Below are positions 10,928-20,402 of a stretch of DNA of 64,000 nucleotides, piece by piece. A model generated the notes under the pieces. That model had not been told where the DNA came from, searched no databases, and saw only the letters and a list, made by a program, of their open reading frames with translations. Origin of the DNA: an uncultured delta proteobacterium (GTDB lineage: Bacteria > Desulfobacterota > Binatia > UBA9968). The position numbers and the translations under genes were made by a program. Each line of letters starts with the position of its first letter. The first letter of the stretch is position 1. The stretch covers positions 64,001 to 128,000 of the forward strand of contig CAVTUQ010000022.1 in the NCBI GenBank assembly GCA_963737905.1, read 5' to 3'.

Positions 10928-11649
10928 GAAAAAGTGTTTTGGTGACCGGTTCGAGTCGAGGTCTCGGGAAAGCCATCGCTCTGCGCCTCGCGCGCGACGA
11001 TTACGACATCGTGCTCCATTGTCGCAGCCGGCGTGAGGAGGCCGATAACGTAGCCCGGTCCATCGTTGCCTTAGGGCGGCAAGTCCGTGTTTTGCAATTT
11101 GATGTCGGCGAGCGTCAAGCCACTGCCATGGCATTAAAGGTCGATATCGAGCAGCATGGCTGCTATTACGGCGTGGTTTGCAACGCCGGGATCGCGCGCG
11201 ACAATGCGTTTCCCGCCATGTCCGGTGAAGACTGGGATGTTGTACTAAAGACCAATCTCGACGGTTTCTATAATGTGCTCAATCCATTGATTATGCCGAT
11301 GGTGCGCCGCCGCGCTCCGGGGCGCATCGTAACTTTGACGTCGGTTTCCGGTCTGATCGGCAATCGTGGTCAAGTCAACTACAGCGCGGCCAAGGCAGGG
11401 ATTATCGGCGCTTCCAAGGCGCTGGCACTGGAGCTGGCCAAGCGCGAGATTACGGTGAATTGCGTTGCGCCGGGTTTGATTGAAACCGAAATGACAAGAG
11501 ATGTACAATTGGAAGAAGTGCTCAAGTTGGTACCTGCACGCCGTATCGGCAAGCCGGAGGAAGTGGCGGGGGTAGTGAGGTTTCTGCTTACAGAGGAGGC
11601 GGCTTATATTACTCGCCAAGTGATCTCCGTCAACGGTGGATTGATATGA
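10924..11649 (+). CDS. fabG: 3-oxoacyl-ACP reductase (SDR)
   Basis: TGSSRGLG, NAG, YSAAK, NCVAPG. Confidence 0.9.
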   Translation: MRKSVLVTGSSRGLGKAIALRLARDDYDIVLHCRSRREEADNVARSIVALGRQVRVLQFDVGERQATAMALKVDIEQHGCYYGVVCNAGIARDNAFPAMSGEDWDVVLKTNLDGFYNVLNPLIMPMVRRRAPGRIVTLTSVSGLIGNRGQVNYSAAKAGIIGASKALALELAKREITVNCVAPGLIETEMTRDVQLEEVLKLVPARRIGKPEEVAGVVRFLLTEEAAYITRQVISVNGGLI

Positions 11650-12876
11650 GCCGTCGCGTGGTTGTTACCGGCATGGCCGGTATCAGCCCCATCGGCAACA
11701 ATTGGGCCAGCTATTCGCGCGCGGTTGGGTAGTTATCGCAACGCCGTAATCCGGATGGCGGAGTGGGCCGAGTATGATGGCCTCAACACCCAACTCGGGG
11801 CACCGGCGGCCGAATTTTCGCTCTCCGATCGCTACACGATTAAGACCACCCGTAGCATGGGCAAAGTTGCGTTGATGGCAACTCGCGCCAGCGAGCTGGC
11901 TCTCATTGATGCGGGCCTGCTGGATGATCCTGTGCTGAAGAGTGGTTGGCTTGGAATCGCGTATGGCTCGTCCGCCGGCACTCCCAAAGCGATTTGCAAC
12001 TTTGGTAAAATGATCGGCGAAAAAAGTACTAAAGGAATCAATGCCACCACTTATATCAAAATGATGGGGCACACCGCACCCGTGAATGTCGGTGTATTTC
12101 TCGGCGTGACCGGGCGCATTATTCCAACTTCCAGCGCGTGTACCTCGGGCAGCCAAGGTATCGGCTTTGCCTATGAAACAATCCGTGGCGGCTATCAACG
12201 AGCCATGATCGCTGGTGGCGCGGAAGAACTGTGTGTTACCGAGGCCGCAGTATTCGATACACTTTTCGCTACCAGCGTGCGTAATGACGCCGCTGACACA
12301 ACGCCCCGCCCGTTCGATGCCGAGCGCGATGGGTTAGTGATCGGTGAGGGTGCCGCTAGCCTGATTCTGGAGGAGTTGGAGCACGCCCGTGCTCGCGGTG
12401 CGACCATCTATGCAGAAATCGTTGGCTTTGGAACCAACAGCGATGGCTGTCACGTGACCCACCCCAATGCCGAGACCATGAAGATAGCGATGGAGCTGGC
12501 GCTGGCCGATGCCGACTTGGCGCCTTCGGCAATTGGTTACGTTAACGCCCATGGCACCGGCACTCAATACGGCGACATTGCGGAATCACAGGCCACCGCG
12601 AACGTGTTTGGAGGCAACATCCCCATCAGTTCACTGAAAAGTTACATGGGCCACACGCTTGGCGCTTGTGGGGCGCTAGAAGCATGGATCAGCATTGAAA
12701 TGATGCGCGAGGGCTGGTTTGCGCCCACCATTAACCTGGCTCGGATAGACCCCGAATGCGCCGAACTGGACTACATTACGACGGAAGGTCGTGAATTGCA
12801 GTGTGAATATGTCATGTCCAACAACTTTGCATTTGGCGGTATTAACACATCACTCATTTTTAAAGGATGTCCGTAG
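11646..12876 (+). CDS. Beta-ketoacyl-ACP synthase II-like (frameshift near 11705)
   Basis: MSRRVVVTGM start in an adjacent frame; SACTSG, HGTGT, GHTLGA, NNFAFGG. Confidence 0.9.
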
Positions 12877-12921
12877 CCATGTTCACCGAAGGAATTTCAA
12901 CCTTGGATAGGGAGTGATAAA

Positions 12922-13372
12922 ATGAAAGAACTTTACCCTTTCGATAACAGTTCTGAGTGTATTGCTGGCCGGGACATGGCCGGCTTATGCGCGCGACACT
13001 CAGCATTTTCTGCCCATCGCCGCCGCCATGGCAACCAAAGACGCGGACGAAAAGCTTGAAGGTTCGGTGAAATTCTTCTTTGGGAAGCAGGAATACCCGA
13101 AGGTTTTGACAAAGCTCGGAAGTGACGTATCCAACCGCAAGACCAATGCGTTTGGCAAGTCCGACGAAAAGGCCTGCAACTGGGCTTTCCTGTCAGCGAT
13201 GATTGCACTGGAGAGGCGTGCTAAGCAACTCGGCGCCAATGCCGTTGTGAATATCGTCAGCTACTATCGCAAGGTTGAGATGTCGAGCACGACGGATTTT
13301 GAGTGCCATGCGGGCGCCGTCATCGCGGGAGTTGCGCTTAAGGGTGACTTTGTCAAAATTGACGAACAATAA
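12922..13372 (+). CDS. Small secreted APE-associated protein (often annotated excinuclease ATPase subunit); frameshift in the signal peptide
   Basis: SNRKTNAFGKSDEKACNWAFLSA, GANAVVNIVSYY, FECHAG. Confidence 0.75.
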
Positions 13373-14135
13373 AGTCGACATTCCGTCTGTTACCTTTTGG
13401 TTACTGGACGGGAACCTCGTGCACGAAAATGATATAGGATTTTTCGAGCAGCAATTGGGTGCTGGCGAAGGCCTGCGGTATACCGGTTTCAAACGGAGGG
13501 AGCGCAAACGCCAGTTTTTACTTGGGCGTATGCTGCTGAGATTCGCCGTTTCCAACCTCCTGTCTATACCGCCCGATTCGCTTGGTGTCGTCGAGCGTAC
13601 CTGCAATGTGCCGCAGCTTGTGTTTCCCGATTCACAGAGGCGGCAACCGAGGTTTAGCCTATCCCACAGCCGTGAATGGGTGGCCTGTGTGGTCAGTTTC
13701 AGTATCCACCTTGGGGTTGATATCGAAGTGAACGATCCAACCCGGAACGTCCTAGGTATCAGCGAATTTGCATTTCACCCGAATGAACATCGTTGGCTTT
13801 TGCCGCAGGTCGGGGCTGCGCGCCTGTCGGCATTTTATCAGCTCTGGTGCGCAAGGGAGGCGTTATATAAACTCATGTCCAATCTAGGTCATGAGACAGT
13901 TTTGTTGCCGCTGGTGGATGTGAATGGTGTGTTTGCGTCGCGAGGCCCGGGTTGGCACTGCTACACCTTGCCCCATTCTCTCCTGATGGTTACCGTTTGT
14001 AGTGATCGGCCATTGTCAGCACTCTACAGGGTCGAACTCCCGAGGCTTACTCCCGCAGATTGGCTAGCGGCAGAGCGAGTTTCGATCAACTCGCGCAACA
14101 TTGGCAGGCTACCGATTTATTGTCTTAGTTTCTAA
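13359..14135 (+). CDS. 4'-phosphopantetheinyl transferase (Sfp-like)
   Basis: FSLSHS, LGVDIE, LWCAREALYK. Confidence 0.85.
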   Translation: MTNNKVDIPSVTFWLLDGNLVHENDIGFFEQQLGAGEGLRYTGFKRRERKRQFLLGRMLLRFAVSNLLSIPPDSLGVVERTCNVPQLVFPDSQRRQPRFSLSHSREWVACVVSFSIHLGVDIEVNDPTRNVLGISEFAFHPNEHRWLLPQVGAARLSAFYQLWCAREALYKLMSNLGHETVLLPLVDVNGVFASRGPGWHCYTLPHSLLMVTVCSDRPLSALYRVELPRLTPADWLAAERVSINSRNIGRLPIYCLSF

Positions 14136-14308
14136 AGAGCATTTGACATTGCCCCAGGATCAAACCGAGAACGTTGTAAGATACCAACACATAAATATCG
14201 CTGTTGACCTCAAGCCACCTTCAAAAGGTTGAAATTTCACAGAACCCGCAGCGCCCCCTCTTTCATCTCCTGTGCTTGTGCGGTATCCAGCATCCACATC
14301 TCTTATCC

Positions 14309-15367
14309 CTACTTTAGGCTTTGTGGTAGTGCTCTTATTACGACCTTACGGTCTGCAATAGAACCTAAGGGCTGGGCCTCCCAGTGTTCGACTTGAAATG
14401 TTAAGTAGGGCTCAAAAAGGACATTGGCTACTTCAGTTAGCGATTGGACAGCTTGTTCGGCTGTAGTAGGGTTGGTGTCCTTGATAAACTGCACCAAACC
14501 TTGCGCTTTTTTGAGCTGCGCATCCCAACCTCGTCGCAAATACCATTCGGTTAATTGATCGATTAGTAGCGAATCACTCGACTCTAGCGCAACGCGCAAG
14601 TAGCGAGAGATTATGTCAGAAGGTGGTAAAGGTTCGTCCGTAAATCTATTCTCGGTGATCGCACGCTTCACTTCGCTCTTCCTGGCAGCATCGGGCGAGT
14701 AGCCCAGCTTACGCAGATACGGATACATGATCCAGTGCTGAATCGAATCGTATAGGTCATCGTCAATCCATTGCGAAAGATTGCGCTCTATTCCATTGAA
14801 CTCTATGGTCGGAAAACCGGCAGCTTTGAGCTTTAAGTGAGCGAGCTGATGGACAATTATTTCTTCGTTTAAGTCTCCATGTGCCTGGTGGCATTCTATT
14901 GTTGGTGTCCCGTCAGGGGTGATCAATCCGGTCGCATGGCGGTCCATGTCTTGAGACCATTGATCACGTACCCGTTTCTTGAATGTCTGTTCTACCTCAG
15001 ATAGTAGCTTTAAACCGTTCGGGCGGAGCTCAATTTCACACAGTCTTCCTTTCGTTTCAGATGCATTACCTACGCAGCTTACATTAGTTGGGTCGGACTC
15101 TCCGGCAGCATTGAAAGCTGTTACTACATAACAGGTTCTAGACGAAGGGCTCTTGTCTGTGTAAGTTGTAACGTTGGCGCGAACTTCAGCTATCTTTGTC
15201 TTTCCTTTAGGCGTTACTCTGTAAATCCTGAATCCCATTTCGTTATCGCTGGTGTCTTCCCAGTGTAGTTTAATGCTATGCGACTTTTTCGTTGCTTGCT
15301 GCGCTTCGGCAAGTTTGACACTAGTCAGAAGTAGGATGGTGAGTAGCCAGACGGTCTTTCTGTTCAT
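14309..15367 (-). CDS. Secreted protein with a fibronectin type III domain and a C-terminal zincin-like region
   Basis: Signal peptide; LHWEDTSDNEMGFRIYR...TYTD...YVVTAFNAAGES (FN3); HQLAH. Confidence 0.7.
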   Translation of the reverse strand: MNRKTVWLLTILLLTSVKLAEAQQATKKSHSIKLHWEDTSDNEMGFRIYRVTPKGKTKIAEVRANVTTYTDKSPSSRTCYVVTAFNAAGESDPTNVSCVGNASETKGRLCEIELRPNGLKLLSEVEQTFKKRVRDQWSQDMDRHATGLITPDGTPTIECHQAHGDLNEEIIVHQLAHLKLKAAGFPTIEFNGIERNLSQWIDDDLYDSIQHWIMYPYLRKLGYSPDAARKSEVKRAITENRFTDEPLPPSDIISRYLRVALESSDSLLIDQLTEWYLRRGWDAQLKKAQGLVQFIKDTNPTTAEQAVQSLTEVANVLFEPYLTFQVEHWEAQPLGSIADRKVVIRALPQSLK

Positions 15368-15429
15368 GGGCCTCTTTGCAGTTTAGCCACAACACTCCGT
15401 GAATAGCGAGAAACCGGGGTAGTTGTAGA

Positions 15430-16779
15430 GGATCTTCCGACCGGAACTATCGGGTAAATTCCTGTTACTGTGTCGGTAGTAACTCCTAAAATGGTGTTGC
15501 GATGGCAACATCAAGGAGACGAGTACGGCGGTTATGGGACACGTATGCATTCGGTGGGTTTCGAGTACAGCCCACGGTGCGAGGAGTTTTCGGTGATCCG
15601 AAGGCTCGGGTTGTTAGCCTCGTACGACGGTCAAAAAAACGGTATGCGGCAGCTGCGCCAGGGTGCAGAGTGGCTGGTACGACCGAAGGGTTCGTCAGGT
15701 TCGGGACCTGTCGTGCGGGGATACGCGGGTGTATGTGGAGTTCGAGGTTCGGCGAGTGGATTGCCGAAGCTGCAGGCAAAGTGAAGCGGGAGCGGCTGGA
15801 GTTTTTGGCGGACAATCCGTTTTACACCAAGCGGTTTGCCTACTATGTGGGGCGGCGTTGCCGCGCGGCGACGATCAAGGACGTAGCCAAAGAACTGAAG
15901 CTTAACTGGCACACGGTCAAAGAGCTGGACAAGCAGTACCTGAAGGCGCAGCTCTCTCGTAGCGGGTAAGCCCAAGCCGAAGGTCATCGGAGTTGACGAG
16001 GTATCGATTCGCAGAGGTCACACTTATCGGATTGTGGTGAGTGACTTGGAGACGGGGCCGCCCGATCTGGTTTGGCGGCAAAGACCGTTCGGAGGAAAGC
16101 TTGAGAGAGTTCTTTAATGCGTTGGGAAAGCCACAGAGCGCCCGGATTCGCTTGGCGGTGATGGACATGTGGAAGCCGTTTCGAAACGCCACTGAGGCAT
16201 CCGCGCCGCAAGCGGCCATTCTGTACGACAAGTTTCATGTGATGCGCCATTTGGGCGAGGCGCTGGATCGAGTTAGAAAAAGCGAGTACGGCCGGCTTGT
16301 AGGCAAAGACAGAGGCTTCATCAAGGGGCAGAAGTACACGCTTTTGTCGCGCCGCCAAAACCTTACCCTTAAAGGCCGTCAAGCGCTCAAGACCTTGCTG
16401 AGTGCCAACAAGCGACTCAACACCGCCTACCTGCTCAAGGAGTCCTTCGGTCAGCTGTGGAGCTACGAGCGGGAAGGCTGGGCAAGGCGCTTCTTTGAGA
16501 ACTGGAAGGCGTCGCTCAAATGGCAGCGGCTTAGGCCCTATGAGAAATTTGCGCAGATGATCGAGAAGCATTGGGATGGTATCGCCGCTTACAGCAGACC
16601 GGAAAACAAAGTCTCCCTGGGATTCGTCGAAGGGTTGAACAACAAGATTCGCGTCATCCAAAGGCGAGCCTACGGACTGAGAGACGAAGAGTATCTGCGG
16701 CTCAAAATCCTTACTTCTATGTTGCCGGAGCTGTGAAAACATCAAATTTTACCCACTCGACTTCACGAAAAAAAGAGCC
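15430..16779 (+). mobile_element. ISL3-family insertion sequence
   Basis: Ends GGATCTTCC...GGGTAAA and TTTACCC...AAGAGCC (imperfect IR) around a DDE_Tnp_ISL3 transposase; no clear target duplication. Confidence 0.8.
15502..16736 (+). CDS. ISL3 transposase (several frame breaks)
   Basis: CxxC zinc finger, IGVDEVS, MDMWKPF, YDKFHV, VEGLNNKIR. Confidence 0.9.
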
Positions 16780-17097
16780 GCTGACTTTGTTGTAGGAATG
16801 CGTTTATGCTTACAAATTCAATGATGAACAATGCGTTCTTGGGTACATTTGGTAACTGGGCCTCTCTTTGCTTTCACCCTGGGCAAGGTTTATATCCAGC
16901 CCTCTATGAAACAGCCTTCCATCCATCACTTCCTCCATTTCGATTGATCGATTCTATTTTCCAGGGGTTTTTAATCCTTTAACGTATCAAAAGCACAGTT
17001 TTAATCGGTGTTTAAAAAGATTCCCGCCCAACTTCCCGAGCACCTGGTCATAGTGCTATCACAGAACCCGTAGCGCCCCTTCTCCCATCTCCATTGC

Positions 17098-17253
17098 TTA
17101 CCCCGTGGATTTGTCGAACCGTGATTGGAAATCAGCCCCTCCATGTTCCCAAGCCATGTTGATAGCGGATCGCATATTGTCAGCTCGGAGGATGAACTTT
17201 GACGGCCTGCGGTCGTCATGGGTGCGGAAGCTTACGATGTAGACCTTAGCCGC
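17098..17253 (-). pseudogene. Small hypothetical protein, paralog of 39108-39290
   Basis: AKVYIVSFR-H-D-R-SKFI--A-NMR-AI shared with the other copy; start codon here reads GCG. Confidence 0.55.
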
Positions 17254-17448
17254 AGCGGGCGGAAAATAGCGGAAAAACTGAGGGGAGGGCAAGGCCCCTT
17301 AGGAAATGGTCGGCCGCGCCGCCGATGGGCCGTTTAACCACCGTTGGGATTTTCATCAAACAGAAAAGACGATTGACATCCCACCGGTCCGGCGAATAGC
17401 TCAGGCCAGAAAAAAAGCTGGGTTAAAATTCCTATACAGCACTCCGCT

Positions 17449-17673
17449 ATGTCGACCAGGAACGTTCTCGACAACTTCCTTCGGGAAGTTCACGAGGTGC
17501 ACTTCAAGGAGTTCGAAGATGATGTCGTGCGCAGACATCATCTCTTGAACGGGCCAGAAGTTGAAAGGGAAGCCGGGACCACGCTGTCGAGAATTTCTGA
17601 AGGGTATCGGGCTCACCTGCCGGCGTTCGATCGGGAACAGGACAAGGAGCTGAAAAGCAAGGGCAGGAACTGA
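17449..17673 (+). CDS. Hypothetical protein
   Basis: 74-aa ATG ORF, helical and charged composition. Confidence 0.45.
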   Translation: MSTRNVLDNFLREVHEVHFKEFEDDVVRRHHLLNGPEVEREAGTTLSRISEGYRAHLPAFDREQDKELKSKGRN

Positions 17674-17974
17674 AAAGGACCCGGGGAAGTAACGCCCCCG
17701 TTCCACGCGCCCCGTTCAGCAGGCAGAGGATCTGAATTATCCGCGTTCCAGCGATTAGTTATTTTCTTGACGCACCATCCCGCCAGTGATATTGGCTCTT
17801 TTCGCGAAAAGGCGTCTTTAACCCCGACTGCGTCAGGGAGGGAGCGAAATAGCGTTTTTCCGATGAAGCTGAAGATCCGGTGAAGGACACCTCTAACGTC
17901 TTAGATGTGTGTCGCTGCTCGGGCGAGTCCGGGCATTGCGGTGCATTTCAAATAGTCAAGAGGAGGATAAAATC

Positions 17975-18817
17975 GTGAAGACGTTAGCAAGAACCGCTTT
18001 TGTTACCTTCTTTTTGTTGGCGGCATGTGTTTTTTGTACCAGCGCCGAGTGCTCAATTAGTCAAACGTAATCCTTGGTGCAGCGAGGGACCAGACTTTGA
18101 TAGCAAGACAAAAACGGCACTAATTGATCGCTTTGAACGAAAGGCGGGTGAAGTACCATTTGCGGATCAGTTCGTTTCAATTTCTGGGATCGGCCGTTTG
18201 AAGGTTTGCAAACGGAACTTCTCGTGGGTGGTCGGTTGAAGTTGCTGGCTGTATTCTTGAGGGTTTTATAAAGAGCCCGGAGCCAAGCTTGCCGGGCGGT
18301 TTCTCTGTTGTGCAACACCCGGAGCGCACCTTCTTTACTTCTCAAATATGGTGCAAGGGAACCTTCCCGCCGGGGGAATATGAGATATGGGCTCTGCTTC
18401 GGTTTCCCAACCCCGCAGAAGCGGGACTTAACATAGGTCCAAAGCTCTATAGCTTTAGCGAGCGCGGAGTCCCTTTCGATCAGCCCGTCCTCTTTACCAC
18501 CCCTGCGCCGGAGTTCACTTGGATACACCTGAAAAACCTTATCTACGATGCAGAGGTTTCGCCGCCAGCGATCTTCCAGGCCTCTTCAGGGCTGTTCATC
18601 AAAAGCGATTCCGGGCAGGAGTTCGGTTGTCTCATTTGTTAGGATCCCTAACGGCAAAGCGCCGGAAGCCGGTGAACTAGACTGCCCGAATGTGAGTACG
18701 AACGCGCCGATATCCGTAGTCGTCACGCCGCAGAGATTTGTTGCTACCTTTGTTTGGACTTTCCAGGGTGGGAAAATACTCAGCGGCCGCCTTGTTTACG
18801 TCACCGCCATGGTCTAG
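17975..18817 (+). CDS. Secreted hypothetical protein (broken into several frames)
   Basis: Strong SD GAGGAGG, GTG start, signal peptide MKTLARTAFVTFFLLAAC; contiguous ORF pieces 18000-18239, 18289-18642, 18548-18817. Confidence 0.5.
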
Positions 18818-18996
18818 CCTGGCGCGCGCCTTACAATTTGTTCAATAATCAGATCCCTCATAAAACCTCCTTCAGTTTTTCTGACTTTTGATTTGCTTTT
18901 CGCTCACGTTGCCAACGCCTTCGGGACCTCGCAAATTGATAAACGAATTGATAAACAGAGTGGGAGGGCATCTCGCAAATAGCTGAAAACATTATC

Positions 18997-19085
18997 GGAG
19001 GGGTGGGTGAGCGGTTGAAACCACCGGTCTTGAAAACCGGCGTCCACTCCGTGGACCGCGAGTTCGAATCTCGCCCCCTCCGCCA
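18997..19085 (+). tRNA. tRNA-Ser (anticodon TGA)
   Basis: GGAGGGG/CCCCTCC acceptor stem, CCGGT-CTTGAAA-ACCGG arm, long variable arm, TTCGAAT loop, CCA end. Confidence 0.97.
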
Positions 19086-19201
19086 ACCCAGGGGTGAGTT
19101 TATCATATTCTTTGCCCATGGGCTTGTCTAAAGGGTGCCACTTCGGCAGTGATTTTAGCGACGGAATCGCGCAGCCAAAAACTGGAGGTTGAACCGTAGG
19201 C

Positions 19202-20305
19202 ATGGCTATTTTGAAGGTCCAGGGTCTGATCAAAACGTTCAAAGACGTCCAAGCCCTGGACAACGTCAGTTTCGAATTCGAAAAAGGTATTCTTTCCTTC
19301 TTGGGGCCCTCCGGCTGCGGCAAGACGACGCTTCTCAGATCTATCGCTGGCCTTGAAGTCCCGGATGCCGGTTCGATTTCCATCGCAGACAAAGTTCAAA
19401 CCTCCGTTGAAGATGGCATCCTGGTTCCTCCCTACGCCAGGGAAATCGGGTTTGTGTTTCAGAACTACGCCCTCTGGCCCCATATGACGGTGTACAGCAA
19501 TGTTGCGTTCGGGCTCAAGCTACGAAAACTGGGAACGCAAGAGATCAAACGAAAAGCTCTTGGGTCGTTGGAGCTGGTAGGTTTGCAAGGTCGGGAAGAC
19601 CGCTATCCATCGCAATTGAGCGGCGGCCAGCAACAGCGGGTCGCCTTGGCTCGAAGCCTGGCCTTGGAGCCGCGGCTGATTTTACTGGACGAGCCGTTGA
19701 GCAACCTCGACGCCAAGCTGCGCGAAGAAATGAGAGTCGAACTTCGGAAGCTGATTAAGAAAGTCGGGATCAGTGCCCTCTACGTTACCCATGATCAGGA
19801 AGAAGCGTTCACGATTTCCGACGCCGTCATCGTGATGGAAGGCGGCAAAATCCTTCAATACGCTGCACCGGAGGATATTTACAACCATCCGACACATTCT
19901 TTCGTCGCTTCTTTCATCGGGCACGCGATGCTTATGGATGCGAACATAGTCAACGTGCAGGGCAGCGACTGTCTAGTATCGGTTCCGGATTTCAACGGCG
20001 CGACACTTGTCTTGGCGGCGCCGAAACGGGGGGCGGCGGGTGATGCCTGTAAAATGGTTATTCGAACGACTGAAATCAGGCTCAGCAATGAGAAATTTCC
20101 GGAAGGTACGGAGAATGTTCTGGAAGGCTTGATGACCAGCCGAGAGCATAGAGGCGGACTGACGGATCATCGCGTCCAAGTTGGCTCGAAGGAAATCGTC
20201 GTGACGTCCCATAGGCTCTGCCCCTTGATACGATTCAACGGTGAGGGCGGAAAGACATTCTTATCGATCGACAAGTCTGCCATCAGCCTTATCGTTGACC
20301 CGTGA
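19202..20305 (+). CDS. ABC transporter ATP-binding protein (Fe3+/polyamine type)
   Basis: GPSGCGKT, LSGGQQQR, LLDEP, VTHDQ, TOBE-like C-terminus. Confidence 0.95.
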   Translation: MAILKVQGLIKTFKDVQALDNVSFEFEKGILSFLGPSGCGKTTLLRSIAGLEVPDAGSISIADKVQTSVEDGILVPPYAREIGFVFQNYALWPHMTVYSNVAFGLKLRKLGTQEIKRKALGSLELVGLQGREDRYPSQLSGGQQQRVALARSLALEPRLILLDEPLSNLDAKLREEMRVELRKLIKKVGISALYVTHDQEEAFTISDAVIVMEGGKILQYAAPEDIYNHPTHSFVASFIGHAMLMDANIVNVQGSDCLVSVPDFNGATLVLAAPKRGAAGDACKMVIRTTEIRLSNEKFPEGTENVLEGLMTSREHRGGLTDHRVQVGSKEIVVTSHRLCPLIRFNGEGGKTFLSIDKSAISLIVDP

Positions 20306-20402
20306 GAATCCAGTCCCCGGTCCAACCGCTTGTCTAAAGCTTCAAGGAGTAAAAGCCACGGCCAACTGGAAATCAATCAAACTCGCTTACCGCCAGGGCA
20401 CG

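Larger units (their letters stand above)
1..14135 (+). other. Aryl polyene/flexirubin-like biosynthetic gene cluster (3' portion; runs off the left edge)
   Basis: Co-directional, mostly overlapping run: membrane protein, AMP-ligase+dehydratase, GT2, acyltransferase, ammonia-lyase, thioesterase, LolA-like, MMPL, lipoprotein, KS, dehydratase, FabG, KS, small secreted protein, PPTase. This matches the gene set and order of known APE clusters. Confidence 0.88.

Noticed and set aside
17860-17940. c-di-GMP riboswitch
   Set aside because: Has hairpins but lacks the conserved GEMM-I or class II core by eye; kept only as an unassigned leader.
18858-19106. ORFs overlapping tRNAs (also 23513-23800, 42507-42761)
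   Set aside because: Largely translations of tRNA or att sequence.
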